NCBI GenBank assembly: GCA_965219415.1
Contig: CBDCNP010000002.1
Coordinates: 640,001-704,000, forward strand
Direction: 5' to 3'
From: Candidatus Marinacidobacterales bacterium
GTDB lineage: Bacteria; Acidobacteriota; Vicinamibacteria; Marinacidobacterales; DATDRI01
DNA length: 64,000 nt
In this document: piece after piece, positions 1 through 9,342 of the stretch
How the letters are laid out: each line of letters opens with the position of its first letter
Numbering within the stretch: the stretch's first letter is position 1
Translations under genes and position numbers: made by a program
Notes under the pieces: model-generated
The model's database searches: none
Told to the model about the DNA's origin: nothing
The model's input: only the letters and a program-made list of their open reading frames with translations

Positions 1-603
1 GCGCAAGGGCATTTATGGTACAGCCTTCTCTTGCAGGCGATGGGTCGGCAGAAAGACGCTGTTTCTCGGGCGAAAAGAGCACGAGAGTTGAGTCCGCTCT
101 CCCTCGCGACCAATGTGAACTTTGGACTCCAGCTCCTCGACGCAGATCGGTACGACGAGGCGGTCGAGCAAATCGAGCAAGCCATCGAGCTGAATCCGAG
201 ATTCTGGGGAGCACATTGGGGTCTCGGCATCTGTTATCGCCAAACAGGCAAGTACTCGGAGGCGGTCGAAGAGTTTGAAAAAGCCGTCTCGCTCTCGGAA
301 CGGAATGCAGTCTCCGTTGCTTCGCTCGGGCACGCCTACGCCGTCTCGGGCCAGCGACTGGAAGCTCTCCAGATCCTGGACGAACTGAATACCCGGCGGG
401 AGAAGATGTACGTCTCGCCCGCCTTTCTCGCTTATATCCACGCGGCGCTCGGCGATACCGATACCGCGTTTCGGTTGCTGGACCGAGCTTACGAGCAGCG
501 CTCTCGCTATCTTGTTTGGCTGAAAGTCGCGCCTGAATATGAGCCGTTACGCTCCGACTCACGATACCAAGATTTGGTAACCCGCATGGGCCTTCCAATG
601 TAG
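1..603 (+). CDS. TPR-repeat protein, 5'-partial (C-terminal TPR region typical of Ser/Thr kinase or TolB-like proteins)
   Basis: Frame is open from base 1; TPR-like helices (YDEAVEQIEQAIELNPRFWGAHWGLG); C-terminal 'EPLRSDSRYQDLVTRMGL' is typical of this family. Confidence 0.8.
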   Translation, partial: AQGHLWYSLLLQAMGRQKDAVSRAKRARELSPLSLATNVNFGLQLLDADRYDEAVEQIEQAIELNPRFWGAHWGLGICYRQTGKYSEAVEEFEKAVSLSERNAVSVASLGHAYAVSGQRLEALQILDELNTRREKMYVSPAFLAYIHAALGDTDTAFRLLDRAYEQRSRYLVWLKVAPEYEPLRSDSRYQDLVTRMGLPM

Positions 604-701
604 GCGACACACTTTTTTCACCGTACGGCGGTGTCCCACCTGGGTTAGGGAGCGTGCTTCGGTTTCGCGGGCGCCCATTCGGCTCGCCCCAACAAGCTGG
701 C

Positions 702-732
702 CTGGGGAGCTGCCAAGGGCAGAGCTCCCCAG
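702..732. terminator. Hairpin between convergent genes
   Basis: CTGGGGAGCT...AGCTCCCCAG perfect 10-bp inverted repeat; no clear U-tract. Confidence 0.4.
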
Positions 733-747
733 ACCCCGGCAAGCAAA

Positions 748-1275
748 CTAGCTCTCTTCTACGATATCCGGCTTCAGGGAGCCAATGATCTCGAGAAGCT
801 CAGATTTCTCGGCCGCCGGAACTTTGAATTTGTCCAATGTATCAACGAGATGTTGGACCACGATATTAAATTCCTTTTCAGTGATCCCGAGCCCACCATG
901 GATGACCTTGGCTGGCCGGCTGATGATCTTACAGGGGCCTCCGGTGACGTTGCAGACTAGGTTCTTGTTTTTCTGCCTGAACTGTTGCCTTGTATCATCG
1001 CCCATGCCCCTGAAAAACTGGGCAATGCGAGGGTCTTCAAACAACTTTGCCGCGAAGTCATCGACCACGGCAGAAATCGCATCGTACCCGCCGAGGCGTT
1101 CGTATAATGATTTCTCCTCGCCTGATTCCTCTGGTGCCGACGAGCTCTCGACGGCGGACGGTAGCCCGCGTTCGACAGCTTGCAACGCCGGAGTCACAAG
1201 CAGTGCGGTTGCTAACAAGAGCCCCTTACCCAGGAGCGAACTCCTCGTTCTTCCACAATCTCCGATTGAAAACAT
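748..1275 (-). CDS. Group I truncated hemoglobin with N-terminal signal peptide
   Basis: SLYERLGGYDAISAVVDDF, GGP and proximal His (IHGGLGIT..EFN..V.HL) motifs of the GlbN-like 2/2 globin; hydrophobic leader LLLATALLVTPALQA. Confidence 0.9.
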   Translation of the reverse strand: MFSIGDCGRTRSSLLGKGLLLATALLVTPALQAVERGLPSAVESSSAPEESGEEKSLYERLGGYDAISAVVDDFAAKLFEDPRIAQFFRGMGDDTRQQFRQKNKNLVCNVTGGPCKIISRPAKVIHGGLGITEKEFNIVVQHLVDTLDKFKVPAAEKSELLEIIGSLKPDIVEES

Positions 1276-1425
1276 CGCAATCCTCCCGTTTCGATTCGTG
1301 CCCTTGGGCGATTGTTCACCCGGGACAACCTACGTTCATAGGCCTAGTCCATTTACGAAGCGTTTCGTTACAAGCTGAAACCTGGGATGTAACGTTTCAA
1401 CTTCCGGGAGGACTATTTCTATGCC

Positions 1426-2643
1426 ATGTCGGAAATGGAAGAGAAAGAGCTTCGACTGCTTGGCGCAAGCTACCGTACGGCGCCGGTCGAGGTTAGGGGG
1501 TCTCTCGAGCAGTTCGTTGCCGAGACCCAGGCGCGCTTGCTGCCGAACGAACCAGGAGAGTTGGAGCTCATCGTCCTTTCTACCTGCAATCGCACCGAGA
1601 TTTACGCTTCGGGGCCGATACAGGCTGACTACCTGGATCGATGGTTTCGGCACATTGCCGATAGCGTTCGGCCCGGCAGTGCCTCCTCAAACGAAACCCT
1701 TTATCACCTTCGAGGTGAGTCTGCGGCGCGGCATCTATTCCGAGTCGCTTGCGGACTGGACTCGGCGGTCCTGGGTGATGTGCAGATACTGTCGCAGATT
1801 AAACAGGCCCGGACGGCCGCGAAGGAGGCGGGAAGGCTTGGAGTCTTCCTGGAACGGCTCTTTCAGGTGGCCATCCAAGCAGGAAAGCGGGCAAGACACG
1901 AAAGCGAGATCGGGTATGGTGCGGCCAGCGTGGGCTCCGCCCTTGCCAGCATGCTCCGCCGACGATCGAAATCAGGTTCATTTCGAATCCTCCTTATCGG
2001 AGCCGGTAACGCCGCCCGCAACATTGGTCTGCACCTCGCCAAATCCGAGCTAGGCTCCATCGTGTGTATCAACCGCACCCGCCACAAAGCGAACGAGCTT
2101 GCGCGTCGGTTGGGAGGAGAGTCCCGGCCCTGGGACGAGCTCGAAGCCGCGTTGCTCGAAAGCGACCTTGTCATTGCGGCCACATCGGCCGCCGAGCCCG
2201 TTCTTCAGAAAAACGACCTTGAGGAATTGGCCCAGCGGCGTCGTGGCGAGCCCATTCTGATCGTCGACGCCGGCCTCCCCAGAAACGTGGAGCCGGGCTC
2301 TCCTTTGGACGTGATTGGTATCGATGAAGTCCGTGAGCTGCAGGAACAGGTTTTGGCAAGGCGTCGGGCTTCGGTGCCATCGGTGGAGCGAATCATTCAA
2401 GACGCGGTCGAGGAGTGGGGACGCTGGCTTGCTTCTCGGCCCATAGAGGAAATCGTTCGGTCCTTGTTTCAGGAACTACCCCACTACACCAAGCAGGCGG
2501 CAGCCCGACTCGTCGACGGCGGGGTACTGACGTCGGAAAAAGCAGAACGGATCCTCGCGAAGTCTCTTCGGGAACTGCTCCATGACCACGTCCGTCGTCT
2601 GCGCACCCTCAGTAGCGACGGCGACATCCGACTCATGAATTAG
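1426..2643 (+). CDS. hemA: Glutamyl-tRNA reductase (divergent)
   Basis: LSTCNRTEIY catalytic motif, HLFRVACGLDS, NADPH-binding LIGAG. Confidence 0.9.
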   Translation: MSEMEEKELRLLGASYRTAPVEVRGSLEQFVAETQARLLPNEPGELELIVLSTCNRTEIYASGPIQADYLDRWFRHIADSVRPGSASSNETLYHLRGESAARHLFRVACGLDSAVLGDVQILSQIKQARTAAKEAGRLGVFLERLFQVAIQAGKRARHESEIGYGAASVGSALASMLRRRSKSGSFRILLIGAGNAARNIGLHLAKSELGSIVCINRTRHKANELARRLGGESRPWDELEAALLESDLVIAATSAAEPVLQKNDLEELAQRRRGEPILIVDAGLPRNVEPGSPLDVIGIDEVRELQEQVLARRRASVPSVERIIQDAVEEWGRWLASRPIEEIVRSLFQELPHYTKQAAARLVDGGVLTSEKAERILAKSLRELLHDHVRRLRTLSSDGDIRLMN

Positions 2644-3004
2644 CGGTTCCTACAAGACTTCCTTGACCTTCTCTACGGGCTCGTGCCAGCACGGCCCCTG
2701 CGCCCTTCTCCACGATCGGCCGCTGTATGAGCTCTGGGTGCGCAGCCATCGCATCCAAGATCTGCTTGTCGATCACCTTCGGGCCGTCGAGCTTGAGCTT
2801 CTTGTAGGCCGCTTCTTTCTTTCGCAGAAGCTCTCTGGGTGAAATCCGCATCTTGCGGATGAGGTCCTTGAGCTTCGTCTTCGGAATCGGGTCGACCCTG
2901 TAGTCGACCCTCTTGAAGTCTACGCCGCTCTCCCGGAGCAGCTTCGCCACACTGCGGCACGTGCCTCACGTCGGTTTTTCGTAAACTACTATCTGCTTTG
3001 CCAT
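2633..3004 (-). CDS. ArsC/Spx-family reductase, probable selenoprotein (UxxC)
   Basis: MAKQIVVYEKPT-TGA(2966-2968)-GTCRSVAKLL...HPELIQRPIV in a single frame. An apparent +1 indel near 2680 hides the family-like end PVEKVKEVL* (stop 2650-2652). Confidence 0.82.
2924..2942 (-). promoter_or_regulatory. Candidate bacterial SECIS hairpin
   Basis: GCUGCUC-CGGGA-GAGCGGC, 7-bp stem with G at loop position 2; loop starts 30 nt after UGA. Confidence 0.55.
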
Positions 3005-3017
3005 TCCCCACTCGTCT

Positions 3018-4031
3018 CTATTTGTACGAAACAATGACCGACTCGGACATTCCGGGAGCGGCATGGATTTCGTGATTCGAAAAGCCGGCTTCCCCAAGAA
3101 TCTGTTTGTACTGCGCGAAGGTGTAAGCATCCCCTCTCGGTGTGGAACACAACATCGTGAGCGAGAACATAGCCGCGTCCGGAGGCGACACGCGGTCGTC
3201 ATTGGGCACGAACTCCAGAGTCATCGCCCGCCCACCCGGTTTGAGGGCCCGGTGCACTTTCTTCGCCAACTCGGTGCAGGTAGGGATGTCGAAATGATGA
3301 AAGAAATTCGTCAGCAGGACGAGGTCGTAATCGGTGCCGTAGTCCACCTCGAACGCGCTCCCTGGCTTGAGATGATGTCGGTCACCCACGCCGGCCGCCT
3401 GAGCGTTCTCGGTTGCGACCTCTAGGACGGCAGCCCAATCGACGGCATAGGCTTCCGCCTCAGCGTTTTTTTGCGCCACCTTGATTCCGAAGAGGCCATG
3501 CCCGGCCGCGATGTCCAGCACTTTGATCGGTCCTTGAGGCGGCCCGACGAGCTCGGCGATGAACTGCGCGGACGGAGCGATGAGCGGGGCCATACTCCGC
3601 GCAAACTCGATCCATAGCGGGTTCTCCGCAGTCACCGATCCGTCTTCCTCCATGAGCGTACCGCCCTTTCGGACGGCGCCAGCCACGTCCCGAAACGCAC
3701 CCGCGAGCTCCGGTGCCAAGAGAAAACGCGTTGCCACCCCGACATAGGCGGGCGAGTTCTTATCGAGGAAGAGTGCGGTGTCGGGAGTGAGGCCATAGCT
3801 AGGATCGTCCTTCGTCAAGAACCCGGCAACCACGAGATAGTCGCAGAGAATGCGCACCCCCCGCTCGGAAACGTCGAGCCGCTTGGCCAGTGCGTCAGCG
3901 GAGGTCGCCCCCTGGGCGATCTCGGTGAATAGACCCAGATCGATCGTACCTCTCAAGGCTTCTGTACGTTGGTATGCGTTGATAGTGTTGAAGATGAGCT
4001 CCGGTGACGGAGGTGCTTGCTTGTTATTCAT
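3018..4031 (-). CDS. O-methyltransferase (dimerisation domain plus class I SAM domain)
   Basis: N-terminal winged-helix-like dimerisation region; VLDIAAGHG SAM motif; LTNFFHHFD. Confidence 0.88.
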   Translation of the reverse strand: MNNKQAPPSPELIFNTINAYQRTEALRGTIDLGLFTEIAQGATSADALAKRLDVSERGVRILCDYLVVAGFLTKDDPSYGLTPDTALFLDKNSPAYVGVATRFLLAPELAGAFRDVAGAVRKGGTLMEEDGSVTAENPLWIEFARSMAPLIAPSAQFIAELVGPPQGPIKVLDIAAGHGLFGIKVAQKNAEAEAYAVDWAAVLEVATENAQAAGVGDRHHLKPGSAFEVDYGTDYDLVLLTNFFHHFDIPTCTELAKKVHRALKPGGRAMTLEFVPNDDRVSPPDAAMFSLTMLCSTPRGDAYTFAQYKQILGEAGFSNHEIHAAPGMSESVIVSYK

Positions 4032-4046
4032 AAAAGCCTCACGGGT

Positions 4047-5135
4047 TTATGCAGGTAGGAAGTAGAAGGCGATGGCGAGCATCACGTACACGGCGAACAT
4101 TTGCACGCCTTCCATCCAATGGGTCAGGCCGTCCTGGCTCACGACGACGATGACCGCTACTGCCATAGCGATTGCCACCACCTCCATCGTTGTAAACCTC
4201 AAATCGATGGGGCTCGGACCCACCGCGTAGCTGATGAAAACCAGCAGCGGTGCCGCGAACAAAGCGATTTGAATCGAGGAGCCCACCGCGATGTTGATGG
4301 ATAGATTCATCTTGTTCTTGAGGGCCATGAGCACCGCGGTGGAATGCTCGGCGGCGTTCCCGACCACCGCAACCAGGACGACGCCGATGAAGACTTCCGT
4401 CATGCTCAATGCATGGGCAGCCGCTTCCACCGATTCGATGAGAAGCTCGCTCATGAGGGCCACCGATGCCGCCGCCCCCAACAGGACGAGAAACGAAGTG
4501 CGCTTCGACCAAGTCTCCCCCTCGTGTGCTTTGTCCCCCGAATGCGATCCTCCGACATAGAGGTGAGAGTGGGTTTTGAATGTGAAGACGAGCGAAACGA
4601 GGTAGGTAGCCATGAGCACCACCGCGATCATCAGACTCGTCTCCTGCTCGCTCCGCTGGGCACTGTCGCCCGCGATCATGTGAAAGATCGCGGGGATGGT
4701 GAGGCCGATAGCGCTGAGGAGCAGCATGGTGGAGCCGTGCCCTGCTGCGATCGGATTGAAGGTCTGTCTCTGGTATCGGAGACCACCCAGAAATGCAGAG
4801 AGCCCGAAGACTAACAGGACGTTGCCGATGATGGAACCGGTGATCGACGCCTTGACTAGATCGTGTAGGCCGGCCCGCAAAGCCATGATCGCGATGATCA
4901 ATTCTGCCGCGTTTCCAAACGTCGCGTTCAGAAACGCCCCCAAACCCTCCCCGACCCGTTCCGCCAGGTGCTCGGTTGCTTTTCCCATGAGACCGGCTAG
5001 AGGAATGATGGCCAAGCCGGAGGTGATGAATACTGGCAGCCCGCCCCGATGAAGTACATGCTCGAGCAGAAAGGAAATGGGAACGAAGACGAGCAGTAGG
5101 AGGAGGATGTTTTCCGCAGCGAAAAGTCTTTTCAT
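4047..5135 (-). CDS. cax: Calcium/proton exchanger (CaCA family)
   Basis: Alpha repeats GNAAELII and GNAAEHS; about 10 TM segments. Confidence 0.93.
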   Translation of the reverse strand: MKRLFAAENILLLLLVFVPISFLLEHVLHRGGLPVFITSGLAIIPLAGLMGKATEHLAERVGEGLGAFLNATFGNAAELIIAIMALRAGLHDLVKASITGSIIGNVLLVFGLSAFLGGLRYQRQTFNPIAAGHGSTMLLLSAIGLTIPAIFHMIAGDSAQRSEQETSLMIAVVLMATYLVSLVFTFKTHSHLYVGGSHSGDKAHEGETWSKRTSFLVLLGAAASVALMSELLIESVEAAAHALSMTEVFIGVVLVAVVGNAAEHSTAVLMALKNKMNLSINIAVGSSIQIALFAAPLLVFISYAVGPSPIDLRFTTMEVVAIAMAVAVIVVVSQDGLTHWMEGVQMFAVYVMLAIAFYFLPA

Positions 5136-5196
5136 GATGTGACGGGGCTGACCCGAACGGGCCGGATATTACATCGCACCGCAACAAATTGACAAT

Positions 5197-6081
5197 CTAC
5201 TCGGTGGCTGAGCTGCGTATGGCGAGAAACCGGCCGGCGAACCCATCGATGCTCACGCCGACCCGCCCCGGCATGACCGCTTGAGCGACAGCTACCATCC
5301 GCTGCCGATAACCAATGCCGGTCGAGTCGGAGTCTAATCCCTCCATCGCACCAGGTAGACGGGTGACGCGGGTACGGGCTCCATCCGGGCTTCCATCCCC
5401 TCCAATGAAATGATCGACGATGACCCCGTCCGCAACACGCTCGATACGCTCGAAGAATCGGTGGGGCTCGGCAATCGGGAGGAGCGGAGAGACCGTGATG
5501 ACGACGCGGAGGCCGTCTGCCTTCAGCATGGCGGCTGCCTCGAACCTCTTCTCTAACGAGCTCGCGGGCGGTGGTAAGCCAGGGATCGTTTCGCGATCGG
5601 TCTCGATCGAAATGTGCAAACGCAGATCGCACTGCTTCGCCAACTCGTGATAGAGGTCGGTGTACTGGGTGACCAAATGGGTGTGGGTCTGCACGATGAG
5701 AACGTCGGGAGCCGATTCATTCATCGCCTTCAGCAGACTCTCCGTTACCCGGAAGGTCGACTCCTGAGGCACGAAAGGGTCGGTGGAGCTCGAGAGAAAA
5801 ATACTGAACCCGCCGCGGGCGCGCCCTGCCCATCGGCGCTCCCTTTGATGCTGGCTCCGGTATGCTGCCGCAGCATTCGTGCGGACCTCGAGGAAGCTCC
5901 CCCAATCCTCGCCGCGCGTCAACCAGCGGTTGTGCTGTACATAGCAGCCGACACCGCACAGCGACTTTCCGTACGTACATCCTCGATAGGGCTGCATCGA
6001 ATGAGACGTGACCGTCTTGAGGTAGCCCGAAGTGCGAGTGAGGATGCTACGGACGCGAGTTTCGGTGATGTTGACGCCCAT
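5197..6081 (-). CDS. Radical SAM protein, spore-photoproduct-lyase-like family
   Basis: PYRGC..C..CY cluster (CX6CX3C), LSSSTDPF..QE, SIETD, VSPLLP; start chosen at ATG 6081. Confidence 0.8.
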   Translation of the reverse strand: MGVNITETRVRSILTRTSGYLKTVTSHSMQPYRGCTYGKSLCGVGCYVQHNRWLTRGEDWGSFLEVRTNAAAAYRSQHQRERRWAGRARGGFSIFLSSSTDPFVPQESTFRVTESLLKAMNESAPDVLIVQTHTHLVTQYTDLYHELAKQCDLRLHISIETDRETIPGLPPPASSLEKRFEAAAMLKADGLRVVITVSPLLPIAEPHRFFERIERVADGVIVDHFIGGDGSPDGARTRVTRLPGAMEGLDSDSTGIGYRQRMVAVAQAVMPGRVGVSIDGFAGRFLAIRSSATE

Positions 6082-6138
6082 GACTAGAACCCTAGCGTGC
6101 GGCCACGATAGCACGAAGATCGCGCCCCGAGCAGAGAT

Positions 6139-7158
6139 TCACTCTCGAGATTCTGAGGATTCCTCGTTCCTCGACTCGCCCGGTGACACGTTAGGCACGT
6201 CAGGTGCGGACGCTTCGATTCTGGTCACCCCTTCGTACAAAGACAACTGACCTCCGTAGAACGCCAGTCGAACGACTAATTTGGCAACCAAGTAGGCCTG
6301 ACCGATCGCGAAGGCAAGCACGACACCGGTCATCGTGGACTGCCCTGCTCCGGGAGCCACGAACGCGTACAGGCCGAGCAGCACGATCGCCAAGATGCCG
6401 AGCCCATAGTAAAGTCCGAATGCCTTCGCCGGGTGAGAAAGAACGAACAGAAGGCCGCGCAGCGCCGCCAGCACCATACTGCTACGGTCCTCGACGAACG
6501 TGGCGATCTTCGCGTAGTCGAACGCCATGTTGACCAGAGTGAGCAGAAACACCACGACGGCAGTTCCCAAGAGCACGTAAATCAGGACAGTTCCTTCCAC
6601 GGTGACATCCCGTGTCCAGTAGTCGATTCGTCCGAAGAGCCACTCCGCGAACCGGTAAATAAGGTAGTAGAGAACGCCGGCCAGAACGATCAAACGAACA
6701 AAACGGAAGAAGAACCGCCCGCCGTTAGAGAAAAGACGACTAAGACTGAAGAAGCCCTCCGATTTGGAGAAGCGATCCAGGATCCCACCTACGAAGAGCG
6801 CCCAAACGAGCGCGTAGAGAACCCCCAGCCCGACGACTCCTGGGAACTGTTGGAAGAGGCCACCGAACAACCAGCCTTCGACGTTATTGTAGATGGCGCC
6901 GGGGCCGACGATGGTTGGGGTGAAGGTGCGCTCTAGCCCCACCGCGCCTTCCCGAAACTCTCCATACCAACCCAAATCGAAACCGGTTGCCAACTCCTCG
7001 TGCACCTGGCTGAAACCGATCGACGAGCGGATGGACTCCGACATAACAATTCCGGCGGGAAGCGCGATCGCGAAGTTCACGAGCCACAGCCAGATGACCA
7101 GACCGGGAGATTCGATAGCACGCCACAACCCAACGAAGATGGCTCTTATTGCAGACAT
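6139..7158 (-). CDS. Multi-pass membrane protein of unknown function
   Basis: 339-aa ORF with 6-7 hydrophobic segments, directly downstream of the M1 peptidase. Confidence 0.75.
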   Translation of the reverse strand: MSAIRAIFVGLWRAIESPGLVIWLWLVNFAIALPAGIVMSESIRSSIGFSQVHEELATGFDLGWYGEFREGAVGLERTFTPTIVGPGAIYNNVEGWLFGGLFQQFPGVVGLGVLYALVWALFVGGILDRFSKSEGFFSLSRLFSNGGRFFFRFVRLIVLAGVLYYLIYRFAEWLFGRIDYWTRDVTVEGTVLIYVLLGTAVVVFLLTLVNMAFDYAKIATFVEDRSSMVLAALRGLLFVLSHPAKAFGLYYGLGILAIVLLGLYAFVAPGAGQSTMTGVVLAFAIGQAYLVAKLVVRLAFYGGQLSLYEGVTRIEASAPDVPNVSPGESRNEESSESRE

Positions 7159-7173
7159 GTTCTCTCCCTTCGG

Positions 7174-9222
7174 CTATACGAAGAACGCGAACGTGGCCAA
7201 GGCGTCCTGAAGCCAAATCATCCACTTCGAGCCCCACTTGCGCGCCGGGAACTTGGACGCGGGCGTAAGGAGCCTGGAGTTGTTGGTGTAATAAAGGTCG
7301 AGCACGAGTTTCCGATCCGGATCGACGATCGCGTACTTGAGCTTCGCCGGCCGTTCTTCGACGTAAAGCTCCCAACGCGAGGTGCCGTCCCACTCCTTGC
7401 GAACTTCCGTACCATCGTCGAAGACCATCAGGACATCGACCGGAAAGATGGCACTACCATAGCGGCGAACCACAACTTCGGTGCGATAGAGCTCACCGTC
7501 GTCATCGGGTTCGGAGTAGATGAGCTTTCCGTCCCGCTCGACGAATCCTTCGACTTTTATCGGCTCGCTCGCCACCGATTGAACGGCGTAGTCGAACGTC
7601 TCCGAGCCCCCGTGCACCTGGTCGAAGAACCAAGTGAGGTCGGTCTCCGCAACCTCGTTGGCCACGTCGAAGAAATCTTGCGGGCGGGGATGGCGCAAGC
7701 GGAAACGTTCGAAGAAGGTCGACATGACCTCTTGCAGGGTGTCCCAACCGAGATACCGCTCGAGCGTGAGAAGCCAAAGCGCCGTCTTGTTGTAACTAAT
7801 CGCGCTGGACGATCCGGGAAAGTATTTGTACGTCGGGGTAGATTGAAGGTCCGCGGTCGCTACCGAGCGGTATCCGTCCAGCCGACTCCCCCCGACGCGT
7901 GAGCGTTTGATGTCCTTAAAGAGGACCGGGAGGAATCCACCGCGGATGCGCATCCCGGGAGGCCTCAGGTAACGCCGCACCAACACGTTGCCGCCGTAAG
8001 TAACTTCCATCGTGCGCGCGGTGGAGAACGTATTGAGCCCTTCGTCCAACCAGGCAAACTCGAACTCGTTGTTTCCTACCAACCCGTACCAGAACTGGTG
8101 ACCGGCCTCATGAACGGTGACTCCCTCCGGCGAGCCGGCCGCGAAGGGATTGAAGAGGCGCGTGCCGCAGGTGAAGATGGTGGGATACTCCATCCCCCCC
8201 GCCCCGGAGCCGAAGGCGGGATCGACCACGGTGATGTGATCATAAGGATAAGGACCGTACCACTTGCCGTAATTGAGAAGCGCCGCGGCAGTCGCGTCGA
8301 AATGCCGCGCCGCTTGCTCGAGGTGCTCGGGCTGGAGGAGCAATCGCATGTCCACCGAGGGCAGCCCCGGCTCCTCGAAGCGTGATTCCCGCACCAAGTA
8401 GTCAGGGCTGGTCGTCCATGTGAAATCGTGGACATCCTCCTGCCGGTATCGATGGGTTACCGTCTCGTCGGGATTGACCTCCAGATCGACTTCCTTCCCC
8501 GTCGCTCCAAGGACATACTCCTTCGGCACCGTCATGCTGACATCGTAGACTCCGTAATCGGAGTAGAACTCGGTGGCAACGTGGAATTGATGATTGTTCC
8601 AACCTTCTTCCTCGAACACACCGAGCTTCGGAAACCAGTGCGCGAGAAAGAAGAAGTCTCCCCGGAAACCGGTGCGGCGGAACGTGCGGGGAATCTTCGA
8701 TCGCCAGGCCACCTCGATCTGAATGGTCTCGCTCGGCCCCACCGGCGTGGGGAGCGGCACTACCAGGACCGTTCGGTCGTTAGGGTTTCCATCGTCCGGC
8801 GAGGCGTAGCGCATACGGCCGGTGAGGTCGTTTCCCGAGTAGCCCATCCCGGGCAACAGTTTGATGGAATTGACTTCGACGTAGCCCCAGTCGCCTTCCT
8901 CGATCCGAGGTTCGGATAGAGGCCGGCGCAATCGGCCTTCTAGAATCCACGTGCTCCGATTGTTTCGCCAGGCGTTCCAATAGAGATGGAACCGGAGCTC
9001 GTCAGTGGGCTGCTCTTGGACGTTGGTCCAGGTAATCGTCTCTCGCCCCGCTAACGTCTTGCTCTCGGGATCCAAAGTGACTTCGATCCGGTAGTTCGCG
9101 TTGCGGGGCGCCGCGGCTTCCGTCTCGACTGGCTCTTCCTGCGCGAAAAGGAATGAAACTGACGACAATCCGAGCGCTGCGACCCAGGTCGAGCATCGGA
9201 GAAGCGATCTGCAACGCTTCAT
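7174..9222 (-). CDS. Secreted M1-family zinc aminopeptidase
   Basis: GGMEYP and HEAGH...WLDEG motifs; signal peptide follows ATG 9222 with GGAGG RBS. Confidence 0.9.
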   Translation of the reverse strand: MKRCRSLLRCSTWVAALGLSSVSFLFAQEEPVETEAAAPRNANYRIEVTLDPESKTLAGRETITWTNVQEQPTDELRFHLYWNAWRNNRSTWILEGRLRRPLSEPRIEEGDWGYVEVNSIKLLPGMGYSGNDLTGRMRYASPDDGNPNDRTVLVVPLPTPVGPSETIQIEVAWRSKIPRTFRRTGFRGDFFFLAHWFPKLGVFEEEGWNNHQFHVATEFYSDYGVYDVSMTVPKEYVLGATGKEVDLEVNPDETVTHRYRQEDVHDFTWTTSPDYLVRESRFEEPGLPSVDMRLLLQPEHLEQAARHFDATAAALLNYGKWYGPYPYDHITVVDPAFGSGAGGMEYPTIFTCGTRLFNPFAAGSPEGVTVHEAGHQFWYGLVGNNEFEFAWLDEGLNTFSTARTMEVTYGGNVLVRRYLRPPGMRIRGGFLPVLFKDIKRSRVGGSRLDGYRSVATADLQSTPTYKYFPGSSSAISYNKTALWLLTLERYLGWDTLQEVMSTFFERFRLRHPRPQDFFDVANEVAETDLTWFFDQVHGGSETFDYAVQSVASEPIKVEGFVERDGKLIYSEPDDDGELYRTEVVVRRYGSAIFPVDVLMVFDDGTEVRKEWDGTSRWELYVEERPAKLKYAIVDPDRKLVLDLYYTNNSRLLTPASKFPARKWGSKWMIWLQDALATFAFFV

Positions 9223-9342
9223 AAAGGCCTCCTGCCGAACGGCATTTCGATAAGACGAATCCGAAAAACGCGTGATTATAAAGGTCCCCTTTCGCCGTTT
9301 CAAACCGCGGTATACTCGCCGTGCCTGCCTAGGAGGACCGCA

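Noticed and set aside
2670-2690. Programmed frameshift at the ArsC C-terminus
   Set aside because: No slippery sequence; a single-base insertion (error or mutation) is simpler
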